Source: an uncultured Candidatus Saccharibacteria bacterium (GTDB lineage Bacteria > Patescibacteriota > Doudnabacteria > UBA920). Taken from it: DNA of 64,000 nucleotides. The notes below the pieces were generated by a model. That model saw only the letters and a program-made list of their open reading frames with translations. It was not told where the DNA came from and made no database searches. Where the stretch lies: contig CAZVXT010000001.1 in the NCBI GenBank assembly GCA_964631145.1, positions 191,151 to 255,150 of the forward strand. Reading direction: 5' to 3'. This document shows, one piece after another, positions 19,983-29,788 of the stretch (position 1 is the stretch's first letter; each line of letters opens with the position of its first letter). The translations under genes were made by a program, and so were the position numbers.

Positions 19983-20011
19983 AACCTACAAAAATCAGTA
20001 GGTTTTTATTA
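19983..20011 (+). terminator. Rho-independent terminator after dnaJ
   Basis: AACCTAC-aaaaatcag-TAGGTT followed by TTTATT. Confidence 0.6.
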
Positions 20012-20076
20012 TGCTTCGCTATTTACAGAGATTATAATATTTGATAAATTTAGTAAATTATAAAGAAGGAGGTTGT

Positions 20077-20445
20077 ATGAGAGCTATTTTAGAATTAGCA
20101 TTTGTCGGAATATTAGTTATATGTGCGATGATATATGTTGGATTTATTAACAAGGGTGGTGGTATTTGGGCGGTTGATAATAATATAGTTTTGTTAGATC
20201 AAACATATGATCAATTTTGCATAGATAGCAAAAATCAAGAATATAAAAACTATTTAATAGGGTATATAGATATTAAAGGAGATATAAAAGCTGTGCTATA
20301 TGTCGAAGCAGATATGCAAGGCAACCAGATTAATCAAATTTTTTATTTAGCAAATTCTGACAATCAAAAAATAATTGATGAATATTATCGTCGTGTTGAA
20401 GTTAAAAGAGTAATGGATAGCATAATTGATTATAAAATTTTTTAA
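20077..20445 (+). CDS. Hypothetical membrane-anchored protein
   Basis: AAGGAGG lies 5 nt before ATG 20077; N-terminal TM helix; the track start at 20041 is upstream of the SD. Confidence 0.4.
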   Translation: MRAILELAFVGILVICAMIYVGFINKGGGIWAVDNNIVLLDQTYDQFCIDSKNQEYKNYLIGYIDIKGDIKAVLYVEADMQGNQINQIFYLANSDNQKIIDEYYRRVEVKRVMDSIIDYKIF

Positions 20446-20454
20446 AATATTATA

Positions 20455-20483
20455 CTGAGGCTTTATTGTCTCAGTTTTTTTCT
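20455..20483 (+). terminator. Rho-independent terminator
   Basis: CTGAGG-ctttattgt-CTCAG followed by TTTTTTT. Confidence 0.6.
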
Positions 20484-20542
20484 GGCTTTAGAAAGATTGC
20501 TTGTCATTCATGTTATAATAATAATATCTTAATTACACTTTC

Positions 20543-21091
20543 GTGGAATACTTTTCTACCATCAAAGAATTATTTATAACTTTTAATTGGCATTCACCAT
20601 CTTGGGATTTATTTATACTGCTATTCTGGTTAGCAGGCAGTGTTATCTATGCATTTTCTGCAGGAAGGGGTAGGATTTTGACAATTTTGATTAGCGTATA
20701 TATGAGTCAGCTAATTGTAAAAGAAACACCTTTCTTAACCGATGCCATATCTCATAAACTAGATATTAATTTATTAACTCTTCAACAACTTGCTGCTTTT
20801 AGTATAATTTTTATTGTTTTGTTTATCTTCTTAAGCCGTTATGCTTTTAGCATATCAGCCGATGGTAGGCAGCTTAGTGCAACAATATTTGGAGTAGCTT
20901 TTTCAATTTTACAGGTCGGGCTACTAATAAATATAGTTTTAAACTATCTACCTGATCATGTAAAAAATACTTTTTCAGATTTAGTACAAATGATATTTTT
21001 GCATCACAACAGTAATTTTATTTGGTTAATTTTACCAGTTGCATTTTTGGTTGTGTTAGGCAGGTTTATATCTGATAATAATAGCAATTAA
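20543..21091 (+). CDS. CvpA-like (colicin V production family) integral membrane protein
   Basis: About 180 aa with 4 TM helices and a composition/architecture resembling CvpA. Weak assignment. Confidence 0.35.
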   Translation: MEYFSTIKELFITFNWHSPSWDLFILLFWLAGSVIYAFSAGRGRILTILISVYMSQLIVKETPFLTDAISHKLDINLLTLQQLAAFSIIFIVLFIFLSRYAFSISADGRQLSATIFGVAFSILQVGLLINIVLNYLPDHVKNTFSDLVQMIFLHHNSNFIWLILPVAFLVVLGRFISDNNSN

Positions 21092-21119
21092 AAAAAGAGA
21101 AGGATTTGCGGTCCTTCTC
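21090..21119 (-). terminator. Rho-independent terminator for the minus-strand gene 21134..21823
   Basis: GAGAAGGA-tttgcggt-CCTTCTC, with the A-run on the plus strand giving a U-run on the minus strand. Confidence 0.55.
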
Positions 21120-21133
21120 ATGTTGACTAGAAG

Positions 21134-21823
21134 CTATTGCAGAGCTTCTTTAATGAGTTTTTGTATCCCCATTAAGAAACCTTTTGTTTTCTTTTTGGGA
21201 TTTTTTTGTGGCTTGATCTCGTTACCAAAATCTTCAATCATCGTATTGATGATTTGCATTTGCCTTTTGATTAGCGGCTTTGTGTTTGGAAATTCTACGT
21301 GTGAGCGGAATTCTTCAAAATCAATATCGCCGATTAGGTATTGGCAAATTATTTTACCGCCATTGTAGGGTAGGTATCCAAAGTCTTGTCGCTGTTCTTC
21401 TATAACTTGGTCACAATAAGAATATCGAATGCCTTTGACGATGGTCATTATGGTGTAATGTTTGTCATACAAAATTTGACCGATTCGGTCTGGATCTGTT
21501 GGTTCCCATGGTTTTGTTAAATCAACTTTAGGGGTATCTTCACCCTCACTCCATTTTGCAAGTATGAAAGTTGGTGCAAACCCATCTTTTAGAATCTTTA
21601 AAGCTATTAATGCTTTTTCACCTTGCTTTAAGGTCAAATAGAAGTTATGTATGGTGTGTTGTGAGGTTTTGGGTCGATCATAGACTCCATCTACACTACA
21701 TGGTTTGCTGCACCCTAATACGATAAGTGCACTTCCAACTTTACTATAAAAGGATACTATTCCACTATTACTTGCGGTTACTTTTACAGCTTCACTGAGC
21801 TGTTTTGTTCTATCATTTGACAT
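21134..21823 (-). CDS. Hypothetical protein
   Basis: GAGGAGG SD 6 nt before the ATG; 229 aa; no recognisable domain. Confidence 0.45.
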   Translation of the reverse strand: MSNDRTKQLSEAVKVTASNSGIVSFYSKVGSALIVLGCSKPCSVDGVYDRPKTSQHTIHNFYLTLKQGEKALIALKILKDGFAPTFILAKWSEGEDTPKVDLTKPWEPTDPDRIGQILYDKHYTIMTIVKGIRYSYCDQVIEEQRQDFGYLPYNGGKIICQYLIGDIDFEEFRSHVEFPNTKPLIKRQMQIINTMIEDFGNEIKPQKNPKKKTKGFLMGIQKLIKEALQ

Positions 21824-22046
21824 ATTTTCCTCCTCAGAAAAAATTTTGGCTAGCGAATTTCGCTAGTGGGTTATAGGAAACCGGCTGTGTAATTTACACA
21901 AGCCTCAGCTATTTAAGATAAAATTCATCTACGCCAGCTGTCTTAGCGGTTATATTTAATACCAAAGTGAATTTCACAGTTATTAAATTTAACTTGATAT
22001 TTTAACATAAAATAGTATAATTGTCAAGAAAACGGTAATGTTTTTA

Positions 22047-22075
22047 TTGACAAACAATATAAAAATAGCTATAAT
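22047..22075 (+). promoter_or_regulatory. Consensus sigma-70 promoter (TTGACA, 17 bp, TATAAT) driving the RND transporter gene
   Basis: Perfect -35 at 22047-22052 and perfect -10 at 22070-22075 with a 17-bp spacer. Confidence 0.7.
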
Positions 22076-22129
22076 AATTAGCTATTTTTATTTGTAAAGA
22101 GTCGCGATAGCCGGCTATTATAAAGGTAT

Positions 22130-25100
22130 ATGAATAATAAAAATTTAGATAAAAATATTGCAAAGCCTGGCTTAAATGCTAGGATTGTAGAATATTTTTT
22201 ACATAATGGGCAGATTACTTTGCTCTTGTTTTTGATGTTGGTTGTAGTTGGTGCGGGTTCGTTTTTTAAGTTGCGCGTGGAAGGTTTTCCTGAACTCAAA
22301 GTTCCTGTAGCAGTGGTAACAACTGTTGTTCCTGGTGCTGGGCCCGAAACAGTCAGAGAGACGGTAACTTCCCCAATAGAAAATTCTCTTAAGGATCTTG
22401 ATGGGTTATCAGAGATTTCATCCACATCACAAGCAAATTTGTCTGTGATAGTTTTAAACTTTACCGATAATACAGATTTGAATGTTGCTGTTCAGGATGC
22501 TCGCAATAAAGTATCTTCTGTTAAATTGCCAGAAGGTATTATAGACCCACAAATTATTATTCCAGAAACTGGCGGAGCTCCATATTTTGTAGCCATTACT
22601 GGACAAGCCGATTTGGTAGAACTGCGAAAGCAGGCAGATATACTAAAAGAAAAATTAGTAGCTATTAAAGGTGTAAAATCTTTTAGTAATATTTCTGGTG
22701 CAAAAGAAAAAATTTATATCGAACTAGGTCCTCAATACCAAACTCCAGAAGTTATAAATCAAATAAAATCCTCTAACATAGGTTTTCCTATTGGGGAAAG
22801 TAATTTAGATGGAAAGCGTATACCAGTAGTTGCAAAATCAGATATTACTTCATTAGAGGCATTGCGTAATGTCAAAATTAATATTTCTACTCCAGAGTCA
22901 AAGCAAGTTGCTTTGTCAGATATTGCATCAGTTTATTTAGGTGTTGATTATGGTGGTAAGGTTCATCGTGTTGGTTATTTGAATGCAGAGCAGAATAAAT
23001 TTAATATTGGTCCAGCTTTGTTGTATGAACTTCGATTGGACAAAGATGCAGACTTGTTAAAGATAGATAAAGACATTCAGAAAACTGTTTCAGAAACTGC
23101 ATCATCTAACGATAAAGTAAAATATGCAATTGTTTTTGACCAAGCTAAAGAAACTCAAAAGCAGGTTAATGAAATTTTGGCTGGTGCGGTTGGAGAAAAA
23201 TGGGGAGATGATTTTTGGGGAAACATTGGTTGGTTGTTTGGCGGTATTTGGTTATTGGTGATTGCTATGTTGTTATTCTTGGATTTAAGATCTGCTTTAA
23301 TCTCTGCTTTAGCAATCCCGTTGTCATTTTTATTTACCTTTATAGTGCTTAATATTGCCGGTATTCAAATGAATACTTTGGTGTTATTTTCATTTGTTTT
23401 GGTTTTGGGATTAATTGTAGATCCAGCTATTGTGGTATTAGAATCTATCAGGCGTTATGTTGATTTGGGATATAAAGGACGTGCTGCTGTGATAGAATCT
23501 TCTAAAGTAATTGGATTAGGATTGTTTGTTGCAGTTGTAACTTCTATGATCGTGTTCGTACCTTTTGGCGTTGTGTCTGGTACCTTTGGGCAATTAATTG
23601 CTTATATTCCGTGGACAGTATTTCCAGCTTTAATAGCTTCATACTTCGTACCTTTAATTTTCTTAACTTGGTTAGCGGCTAAATTAATCAAGCCAGAACC
23701 AGGAGCAGAGTTAAAAGATGAAGATGACGTGCACACTTTGTGGAAATTGGCACAATGGTTTATTAAAGCTAATCGTTATATTCTTAACCGTACATGGTTA
23801 TCTGTTTTAGTCGTTGTTCTTGGTTTGCTTATTCCTATTGGTGTAACTGGTGTTTTGTTTGCTAGCAATGCTGTGCGTCAAGTTCAGTTTTCGCAGCCAG
23901 ATGATAGCGATTATCTACAAGTTAGTATTCCACGCCCTGTTAATCAAACCTATCGAGATGGTTTGATAATGGCTACGGATGTAGAAAATATATTAAAAAA
24001 TCATATTGCTGTTATTGACTCTTTCTTTTATCAATCAATGGATGGCGGTTCTTCTAATAATACATTAAATGTTTTTATAGTGTTGAAATCTCCAGAAGAT
24101 CGTGATGTAAAGAGTCCTGCAATCGTTAAAGATTTGCAAAAAGAATTAAAAGACAAATTTGGCGATAGGGCAGTAGTAGGTGAATTAGCTGCTGGTCCTC
24201 CAGGAGAAGCTTATCCTGTAAGTTTGAAGGTTTTTGAAAATGATCCAGCTAAGCAAGCTGATGCTTCTGCAAAAATTGTAGAGCAATTAAAGGGTTACAG
24301 CGAAGTTGATTTAGTAGTATCTGATTTCGAAACTCGTAGCAAAGAAATGGTTGTTAAAGTTGACGATCAAAAGGCAGCGGCAGCTGGATTAACTAAAGTA
24401 TCAATCTATGGTCAACTATCCGGCATATTGGCAGAAAGTACATTATTTAAAATCGAAGATAATGATGTTGTCTTGCGAGTATCAGACGATGCAAAGCCAA
24501 ATACAAAAGATGCTTTATTGTCTGCTATAATTTTTGGCTCTAACGGACCAGTTAAATTATCTGATGTTGCAAGCTTGGAAGAAGTAGAAGTTCCAGCTTC
24601 TATTCGTAGCTTGAACGGTGAGCGTTATGCCCAAGTGAGTGCTTCATTAAAAGATAGTCGCGATGCGATTAATATTCAGCGTAAAATTACTGATTGGGCA
24701 AAATCTCATACTTCTGAACTTGGTGTAAATGATCGCGCGTTTGAAGATAGGGCAGGTGTAAATGAGTTTGAAAAATCTTTCCAAGAATTATTCTTAGCAA
24801 TTTTCTTATCTATTTTGGTAACCTATGTTGCATTTGTAATATTCTTCAGAAGCTTTGCTCAACCTTTAATTATTTTGTTTGCCATCCCTTTAATTTTAAT
24901 TGGGGTATTTCCAGCATTGGCAATTTTTGCTAGAGGGCAGTTTGGCTTCTTAGAAACTATTGGTATTTTGATGGTCATCGGTATAGCAGAAAATGTCGGT
25001 ATATTCTTAATTGATTATGCAAACCGTAAGGTTCGTTCGGGGCAAATGGATAAAAAAGAAGCAATTGCAATTGCTTCTGGAATTAGACTACGTCCTATTG

Positions 25101-25399
25101 TGTTGACTAAAATTACTGCTCTCGCAGGGCTTCTTCCTCTTGCTGTATTTTCTGCTTTCTGGAGAGGTTTAGCTTTAACTGTTATTTTTGGAATTTTAAC
25201 TTCCGGTGTATTATCTTTGTTTACAACACCTGTTTTGTATAATTGGTTTACAAGGATAAAGTCGTCAAAAAATGATGAAGAAACTCCGCTCCCAGAAGAA
25301 GTAATAACAGAAACTGAAGACGTTTACGTTGAAGTGCCTGTTAATAGTAATTTAGAAAGTTTTGGTTCTAAATCTGCACCGGATAATTTACCAGTTTAG
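22130..25399 (+). CDS. RND superfamily transporter permease (AcrB/HAE-like)
   Basis: 1089 aa with 12 predicted TM helices and two large loops. The N-terminal block (LKVPVAVVTTVVPGAGPETVRETVTSPIENSL) matches the AcrB family signature. Confidence 0.7.
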   Translation: MNNKNLDKNIAKPGLNARIVEYFLHNGQITLLLFLMLVVVGAGSFFKLRVEGFPELKVPVAVVTTVVPGAGPETVRETVTSPIENSLKDLDGLSEISSTSQANLSVIVLNFTDNTDLNVAVQDARNKVSSVKLPEGIIDPQIIIPETGGAPYFVAITGQADLVELRKQADILKEKLVAIKGVKSFSNISGAKEKIYIELGPQYQTPEVINQIKSSNIGFPIGESNLDGKRIPVVAKSDITSLEALRNVKINISTPESKQVALSDIASVYLGVDYGGKVHRVGYLNAEQNKFNIGPALLYELRLDKDADLLKIDKDIQKTVSETASSNDKVKYAIVFDQAKETQKQVNEILAGAVGEKWGDDFWGNIGWLFGGIWLLVIAMLLFLDLRSALISALAIPLSFLFTFIVLNIAGIQMNTLVLFSFVLVLGLIVDPAIVVLESIRRYVDLGYKGRAAVIESSKVIGLGLFVAVVTSMIVFVPFGVVSGTFGQLIAYIPWTVFPALIASYFVPLIFLTWLAAKLIKPEPGAELKDEDDVHTLWKLAQWFIKANRYILNRTWLSVLVVVLGLLIPIGVTGVLFASNAVRQVQFSQPDDSDYLQVSIPRPVNQTYRDGLIMATDVENILKNHIAVIDSFFYQSMDGGSSNNTLNVFIVLKSPEDRDVKSPAIVKDLQKELKDKFGDRAVVGELAAGPPGEAYPVSLKVFENDPAKQADASAKIVEQLKGYSEVDLVVSDFETRSKEMVVKVDDQKAAAAGLTKVSIYGQLSGILAESTLFKIEDNDVVLRVSDDAKPNTKDALLSAIIFGSNGPVKLSDVASLEEVEVPASIRSLNGERYAQVSASLKDSRDAINIQRKITDWAKSHTSELGVNDRAFEDRAGVNEFEKSFQELFLAIFLSILVTYVAFVIFFRSFAQPLIILFAIPLILIGVFPALAIFARGQFGFLETIGILMVIGIAENVGIFLIDYANRKVRSGQMDKKEAIAIASGIRLRPIVLTKITALAGLLPLAVFSAFWRGLALTVIFGILTSGVLSLFTTPVLYNWFTRIKSSKNDEETPLPEEVITETEDVYVEVPVNSNLESFGSKSAPDNLPV

Positions 25400-25411
25400 T
25401 ATTTAAAATGA

Positions 25412-25453
25412 AAAGGCAAAATTGTAAAGCTATCAATTTTGCCTTTAAGTTTT
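25412..25453 (+). terminator. Rho-independent terminator after the RND gene
   Basis: AAAGGCAAAATTG-taaagctat-CAATTTTGCCTTT followed by a T-rich stretch. Confidence 0.65.
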
Positions 25454-25483
25454 GAACATTAAAATTTAACTTGAGGAGGAAAT

Positions 25484-25906
25484 ATGGAAAATTTAATAAT
25501 AATTTTCATTGGTTTATTTATTATATTGATCGTAATTGCATTTGCTTATGCAATAATTAAAGAAAAACGATATAAAAGAAATTTAGAAATAGAAAGATCT
25601 GTGATATTAAATCTGATTCACAATGAAGAAGGTTTCCGTCAGATAACAAAATTAATGTCATACAGCAACAACGGTATTTTATATGAGACCGTGCATGGTA
25701 TTTTGTGGTTTTGGGCACCAGAAGGAAATCAGAATGTTAGATTTTATTATAATGATTATGGTGTGGATCCAAAATATATTGTAACTATTTTCAAACCAGA
25801 AAGAACTAATCCAGACAAGGAAATAGAAAAATTATTTGACCTGTCAGAAAAACAAGAAGCTGTGTTGTTTTTTGTTGCTTGTGCAATGTCATCTTCAGAA
25901 AGATAA
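25484..25906 (+). CDS. Hypothetical membrane-anchored protein
   Basis: GAGGAGG SD; N-terminal TM helix. Confidence 0.4.
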   Translation: MENLIIIFIGLFIILIVIAFAYAIIKEKRYKRNLEIERSVILNLIHNEEGFRQITKLMSYSNNGILYETVHGILWFWAPEGNQNVRFYYNDYGVDPKYIVTIFKPERTNPDKEIEKLFDLSEKQEAVLFFVACAMSSSER

Positions 25907-25919
25907 TTAGGGAGGAAAA

Positions 25920-26402
25920 ATGATTTATAAATTTCACGAACAAATTACAAATATGACGTTTGCCGAGATAGTCAGATCTATGGTGGGTGGTTTGCGGAAC
26001 GAACATATTCATATAGATATAACCAGTGAACCTAGATATGGAGAACACCCAGATCGAAAAAGCATTTTTGGTGTACCCATGGTGGGTATTAATTTGATCG
26101 GCAAGATTTCTCATAATACAGTTATCGAGATAACTAAAAAGCATTTTTTTGCATGGGAATTTAAAGATTTATCTGCTCGGGCTAAAGTGATTGATTCTAC
26201 GCCGTATTTTTTGCACAAATTTGAGAATGCGATTGATCAATTGGCAAGGACGAGTTTTTCTGGCTATGATCAGTATGCAAATATAGGAAAATTTGAGCTT
26301 AGTGGCATAAAAACAAGCCCTGATTGGCTGCCATATATCTGGAGTGATTACGGAGAAGATGTTATAAAAAAATGGGAAAAATTTGTTAAAATATTAAAAT
26401 AA
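25920..26402 (+). CDS. Hypothetical protein
   Basis: GGGAGG SD; 160 aa; terminator downstream. Confidence 0.4.
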   Translation: MIYKFHEQITNMTFAEIVRSMVGGLRNEHIHIDITSEPRYGEHPDRKSIFGVPMVGINLIGKISHNTVIEITKKHFFAWEFKDLSARAKVIDSTPYFLHKFENAIDQLARTSFSGYDQYANIGKFELSGIKTSPDWLPYIWSDYGEDVIKKWEKFVKILK

Positions 26403-26408
26403 TTTTAA

Positions 26409-26437
26409 AGACGGAATAATTAACCGTCTTTTTTATT
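26409..26437 (+). terminator. Rho-independent terminator
   Basis: AGACGG-aataattaa-CCGTCT followed by TTTTTTATTT. Confidence 0.65.
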
Positions 26438-26498
26438 TGAAAATTTATTTGATTTATTATTATAATAATATTGTTTGGTTTATACCAAAGGAGGCTTT

Positions 26499-26762
26499 AT
26501 GATTACATACACCATTACAGGAAAGGCAGAAATATATGGCGGCAAAAAGCATAACTTTCAAGCTATATTTGAATCTCAATTATCATTAGCAGAAGTTAAT
26601 AACGAATATGCTATAAAATGCTTAACTTCATCTTTAAAAACTGCTTTACTTCCAACCTTAAAAAAAAGAAATCCTGATGCAGAAGCTTTTGTATGTTTAG
26701 AATACAAAATTAAACTTGATCAAGAAATCTTAGATTTTGGTAGAATAAAAAATTTAAACTAA
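26499..26762 (+). CDS. Hypothetical small protein
   Basis: AAGGAGG lies 6 nt before ATG 26499; the track start at 26475 is upstream of the SD. Confidence 0.35.
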   Translation: MITYTITGKAEIYGGKKHNFQAIFESQLSLAEVNNEYAIKCLTSSLKTALLPTLKKRNPDAEAFVCLEYKIKLDQEILDFGRIKNLN

Positions 26763-27619
26763 CTTTGCCAACGGGCAAAGATGCCGGTGGAAATTAATCT
26801 GCCGGTTTTTTGTTGTAAACATAACTCTCCGCTTTCTATTTTACCCGCCATGTGAGAAATTTTATCTTCAAGCAAATTCCCTAAAGATATAGCAGAAGAG
26901 TTGGTTGCATACCCATTTATTAATAAAAATTTTGCTGAGTCTGATAAAAGTTCTACGCATAGGTCTAATAATTTAGGCAGATCGCGATTAAACTTCCATG
27001 TCTTCCCAGTAGGAGAGTGCCCAAAAGCTGGAGGGTCCATAATAATTCCATCATATTTTGCACCCCGTTTTACCTCCCGTGCTACAAATTTTAGAGCGTC
27101 GTCTAATATCCAGCGTATGCTTTCTGGATCAAATTTGTTTAAGGCTTGGTTTTCTTTGCCAGCAGTAATGCTTGGCTTGCTTGCATCTACATGGGTTACA
27201 AAATGACCATGCCTGGTCAATGCCATTGTTGCCCCACCTGTATAAGCAAATAAGTTTAAGATTTTTAAAGGACCGGTGTTTTTGGTAGCTTCAATCATCC
27301 ATTCCCAATTTGCTGCTTGTTCAGCAAAAATGCCTGTATGTTTAAATGGCGTTAGTTTTGCATTAAGTTTAATATCAGGACGAAAATAAACCGGCCAACT
27401 TTCCGGGATTTGTTTGTGAGTTATCCATTTGCCTCTTTCGCCAGAAGGGATGTATTCTGCATCAATTTTTTGCCATTCGGTTTGAGGTAGGGATGCTTGC
27501 CATATTATTTGAGGATCTGGTCTTTTGAGGCGAATATTTCCCCACTGTTCTAATCTAAAGCCATCTCCGCTGTCTAGTAGCTGGTAGTCTAAAAACTCTT
27601 TAAAAGTTATAAATTGCAT
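26759..27619 (-). CDS. Class I SAM-dependent RNA methyltransferase (RlmI/YccW-like, COG1092)
   Basis: LNLFAYTGGATMAL SAM-binding motif and IIMDPPAFG catalytic motif; 286 aa. Confidence 0.55.
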   Translation of the reverse strand: MQFITFKEFLDYQLLDSGDGFRLEQWGNIRLKRPDPQIIWQASLPQTEWQKIDAEYIPSGERGKWITHKQIPESWPVYFRPDIKLNAKLTPFKHTGIFAEQAANWEWMIEATKNTGPLKILNLFAYTGGATMALTRHGHFVTHVDASKPSITAGKENQALNKFDPESIRWILDDALKFVAREVKRGAKYDGIIMDPPAFGHSPTGKTWKFNRDLPKLLDLCVELLSDSAKFLLINGYATNSSAISLGNLLEDKISHMAGKIESGELCLQQKTGRLISTGIFARWQS

Positions 27620-27735
27620 GCATTTATTGTATCTTATTAAGACTTGAAAAAAAAGTAATAATATAGTAAAATTTATAAGTAAGATTTATCTTCCACGCGC
27701 TTTATATATAGATTTGTCGGTGGTTCAAAAGATTT

Positions 27736-27770
27736 CCACAAATTAATGTGGGCTCTTAGCTCAGCTGCCA
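27736..27770 (+). repeat. Partial degenerate duplicate of the tRNA-Lys 5' end plus ~15 nt of upstream sequence
   Basis: TTCCACAAATTAATGTGGGCTCTTAGCTCAGCTG versus 27857-27892 TTCACACAAATTAATGCGGGCTCTTAGCTCAGCTGG; no 3' half is present. Confidence 0.6.
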
Positions 27771-27873
27771 TCAGCGAGCGAAGCGAGTCTGTTATATAGA
27801 TTTTTATAATCTTTAGTATATCAAGAGTTGGTAGCTTTGCTGCTAACGAGGGAAGGTTCACACAAATTAATGC

Positions 27874-27949
27874 GGGCTCTTAGCTCAGCTGGTAGAGCAG
27901 TGGCCTTTTAAGCCATTTGTCCCGGGTTCGAGCCCCGGAGAGCCCACCA
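27874..27949 (+). tRNA. tRNA-Lys (anticodon UUU), with CCA encoded
   Basis: Hand-folded cloverleaf: acceptor GGGCTCT/AGAGCCC, D-arm GCTC-AGCTGGTA-GAGC, anticodon loop CTTTTAA, T-arm CCGGG-TTCGAGC-CCCGG, discriminator A, CCA. Confidence 0.85.
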
Positions 27950-27954
27950 TAAAA

Positions 27955-27985
27955 ACACCTACTTCAAAGCAGGTGTTTTTATATT
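27955..27985 (+). terminator. Rho-independent terminator after the tRNA
   Basis: ACACCT-acttcaaagc-AGGTGT followed by TTTTTAT. Confidence 0.6.
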
Positions 27986-28053
27986 TTGTGAATTTGCATG
28001 TTATAATATTGATAGAAGAATATTTTTAAGTTTAGAAACAAAAACTAATTTAT

Positions 28054-28527
28054 ATGTTTAGAAGAAATCAATTAGGATTTACTTTAATAGAATTGGTTAT
28101 GGTTATAGGGGTGATTGCACTTATTTCCTCAATTTCTATGTTCGCCTTAATTAAGGCTAGAATAAAGGCTCGCAATGCTAGGAGAGCAACTGACTTAACT
28201 CAACTACAAAAATCATTAGAGTTATATTATTCTACAAATGGTTATTATCCAAATGGCGGTGCTGTTGCTAATGCTAATCAGGCTTATGATATTTCTAATT
28301 TAACCACTTTTTTGGTTCCCTCTACTATTAGTAAGATACCATATGATCCATCTTACCCTTCTTCATCTTTGAATAATTATCAATATATGTGGGGTGGTAC
28401 TACAGGAACCAATTATTCTGTCTTGATAAGGTCTGGAAATGAAATCGGTGGAAGTGACTGTGTATACAGAAGCCCTGGTGCATCTAGTACCATGTTTAAT
28501 GGCACAGCAGTTTGTAATTTCCAATAG
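28054..28527 (+). CDS. Type IV pilin / pseudopilin (prepilin-type N-terminal cleavage/methylation domain)
   Basis: N-terminus MFRRNQLGFTLIELVMVIGVIA carries the G|FTLIEL class III signal-peptide motif. Confidence 0.75.
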   Translation: MFRRNQLGFTLIELVMVIGVIALISSISMFALIKARIKARNARRATDLTQLQKSLELYYSTNGYYPNGGAVANANQAYDISNLTTFLVPSTISKIPYDPSYPSSSLNNYQYMWGGTTGTNYSVLIRSGNEIGGSDCVYRSPGASSTMFNGTAVCNFQ

Positions 28528-28532
28528 TTTAA

Positions 28533-29753
28533 ATGCGTAAAAAAGTAGTCATCCTTGGAGCGGGCTTTGGCGGTATAGCCTGTGCCCGCTCTTTGTCTAA
28601 AAACAAAAGTTTTGAAGTCATAGTTATTGATAAAAACCCTTATCATGTCGTCCACGGTAACTTGTATGCGGTTGCTAGCTCTCCTTCCGATTTAACTTCT
28701 CAACAAGAAATGTATCAATCCGTGAATATTCCTTTGAAGTTAATTTTTGAGCACCAAGACATTAAATTTATTCAGTCCGAGTTTTTATCTATAGACTCTT
28801 CCAAACAAAAAATATCTTTACATGGAATGAGTATAGATTATGGCTATCTTATATGCTCGTTAGGAGCGCAGCCTAACTTTTTTGCCATACCAGGAGCGCA
28901 GGATTATACTTTACCCCTACAAACAGCAGAAGATGCCTTATTGCTTCGTTCTCGTATAGAGACGGCAATTATATTTAAAAAAAACCAGGTAATTAATCGA
29001 GTGGTTAATATTTATATAGCCGGTGGTGGTATAGCTGGGGTAGAGCTTGCAGCAGAATTGAGAATGATGTCTAATTTTGTATCTTGGGAAAATAACTTTC
29101 CTGCGGACTTAGTAAAAATTACAATTGTAGAAATGAATTCTACAATTCTTCCTGGTTTTGAAAATGGGGTAGTAAGTTTAACTCTAGAGCGTTTAAAGAG
29201 TTTAAATATAGATTTACTTACAAACACAAAAATAAACGAATTTACTAAAGATCATGTAAAAACTGCAACGTTGAATTTAAATTATGATGTTGCTGTATGG
29301 ACTGCTGGGGTGGAGGCAAAAAAACTTCCTCTTACAGACGCTATATTATCTAAAGGCAGCAGGGTAATGGTGGACCAGTATTTTAGGGTAAAGAATTATG
29401 ATAATATTTTTTCTATTGGTGATCAAAGCTGTTTTTTAAATAGTTTAACAAATATGCCTTTGCCGGGAACTGCAGCACAGGCAGTTAGGCAAGGTAGATA
29501 TATCGCTCATGTGATTCGTTCGTTAAATAAAAATAAAAAACCTTCAAGTTATCAATGCAAAACTCTACCATATTGTTTTCCTGTAGGCGGTAAATGGGTA
29601 GTATTTAATTATAAACAAATCACAGTTGGCGGTATAATGGGTTATGTTTTGCGAGAGCTGATATGGTTAAAATATTTTGTATCAATTTTAGGATTGTTTA
29701 AAGGCTTTCATTATAAATTACGCATTCAGAATTTATATATCAGAGACGAATAA
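28533..29753 (+). CDS. FAD-dependent pyridine nucleotide-disulfide oxidoreductase, NADH dehydrogenase (NDH-2)-like
   Basis: N-terminal Rossmann GAGFGG, a second GGG dinucleotide fold (IAGGGIAGVE), and a GDQS motif near the C-terminus. Confidence 0.6.
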   Translation: MRKKVVILGAGFGGIACARSLSKNKSFEVIVIDKNPYHVVHGNLYAVASSPSDLTSQQEMYQSVNIPLKLIFEHQDIKFIQSEFLSIDSSKQKISLHGMSIDYGYLICSLGAQPNFFAIPGAQDYTLPLQTAEDALLLRSRIETAIIFKKNQVINRVVNIYIAGGGIAGVELAAELRMMSNFVSWENNFPADLVKITIVEMNSTILPGFENGVVSLTLERLKSLNIDLLTNTKINEFTKDHVKTATLNLNYDVAVWTAGVEAKKLPLTDAILSKGSRVMVDQYFRVKNYDNIFSIGDQSCFLNSLTNMPLPGTAAQAVRQGRYIAHVIRSLNKNKKPSSYQCKTLPYCFPVGGKWVVFNYKQITVGGIMGYVLRELIWLKYFVSILGLFKGFHYKLRIQNLYIRDE

Positions 29754-29788
29754 AAAAACAGAACAAGTTAAACTTGTTCTGTTTTTTT
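29753..29788. terminator. Bidirectional terminator shared by the NDH-2 gene and topA; the topA stop codon lies inside the stem
   Basis: AACAGAACAAGTT-aa-ACTTGTTCTGTT flanked by A6 and T8. Confidence 0.7.

Noticed and set aside
22078-22425. A 115-aa minus-strand ORF overlapping the RND gene start and its consensus promoter
   Set aside because: It overlaps a strong promoter and the coding start of a conserved gene, and has no SD.
27673-27861. A 62-aa minus-strand ORF across the tRNA-Lys upstream region
   Set aside because: It overlaps the duplicated tRNA segment and a promoter-like region, and has no SD.
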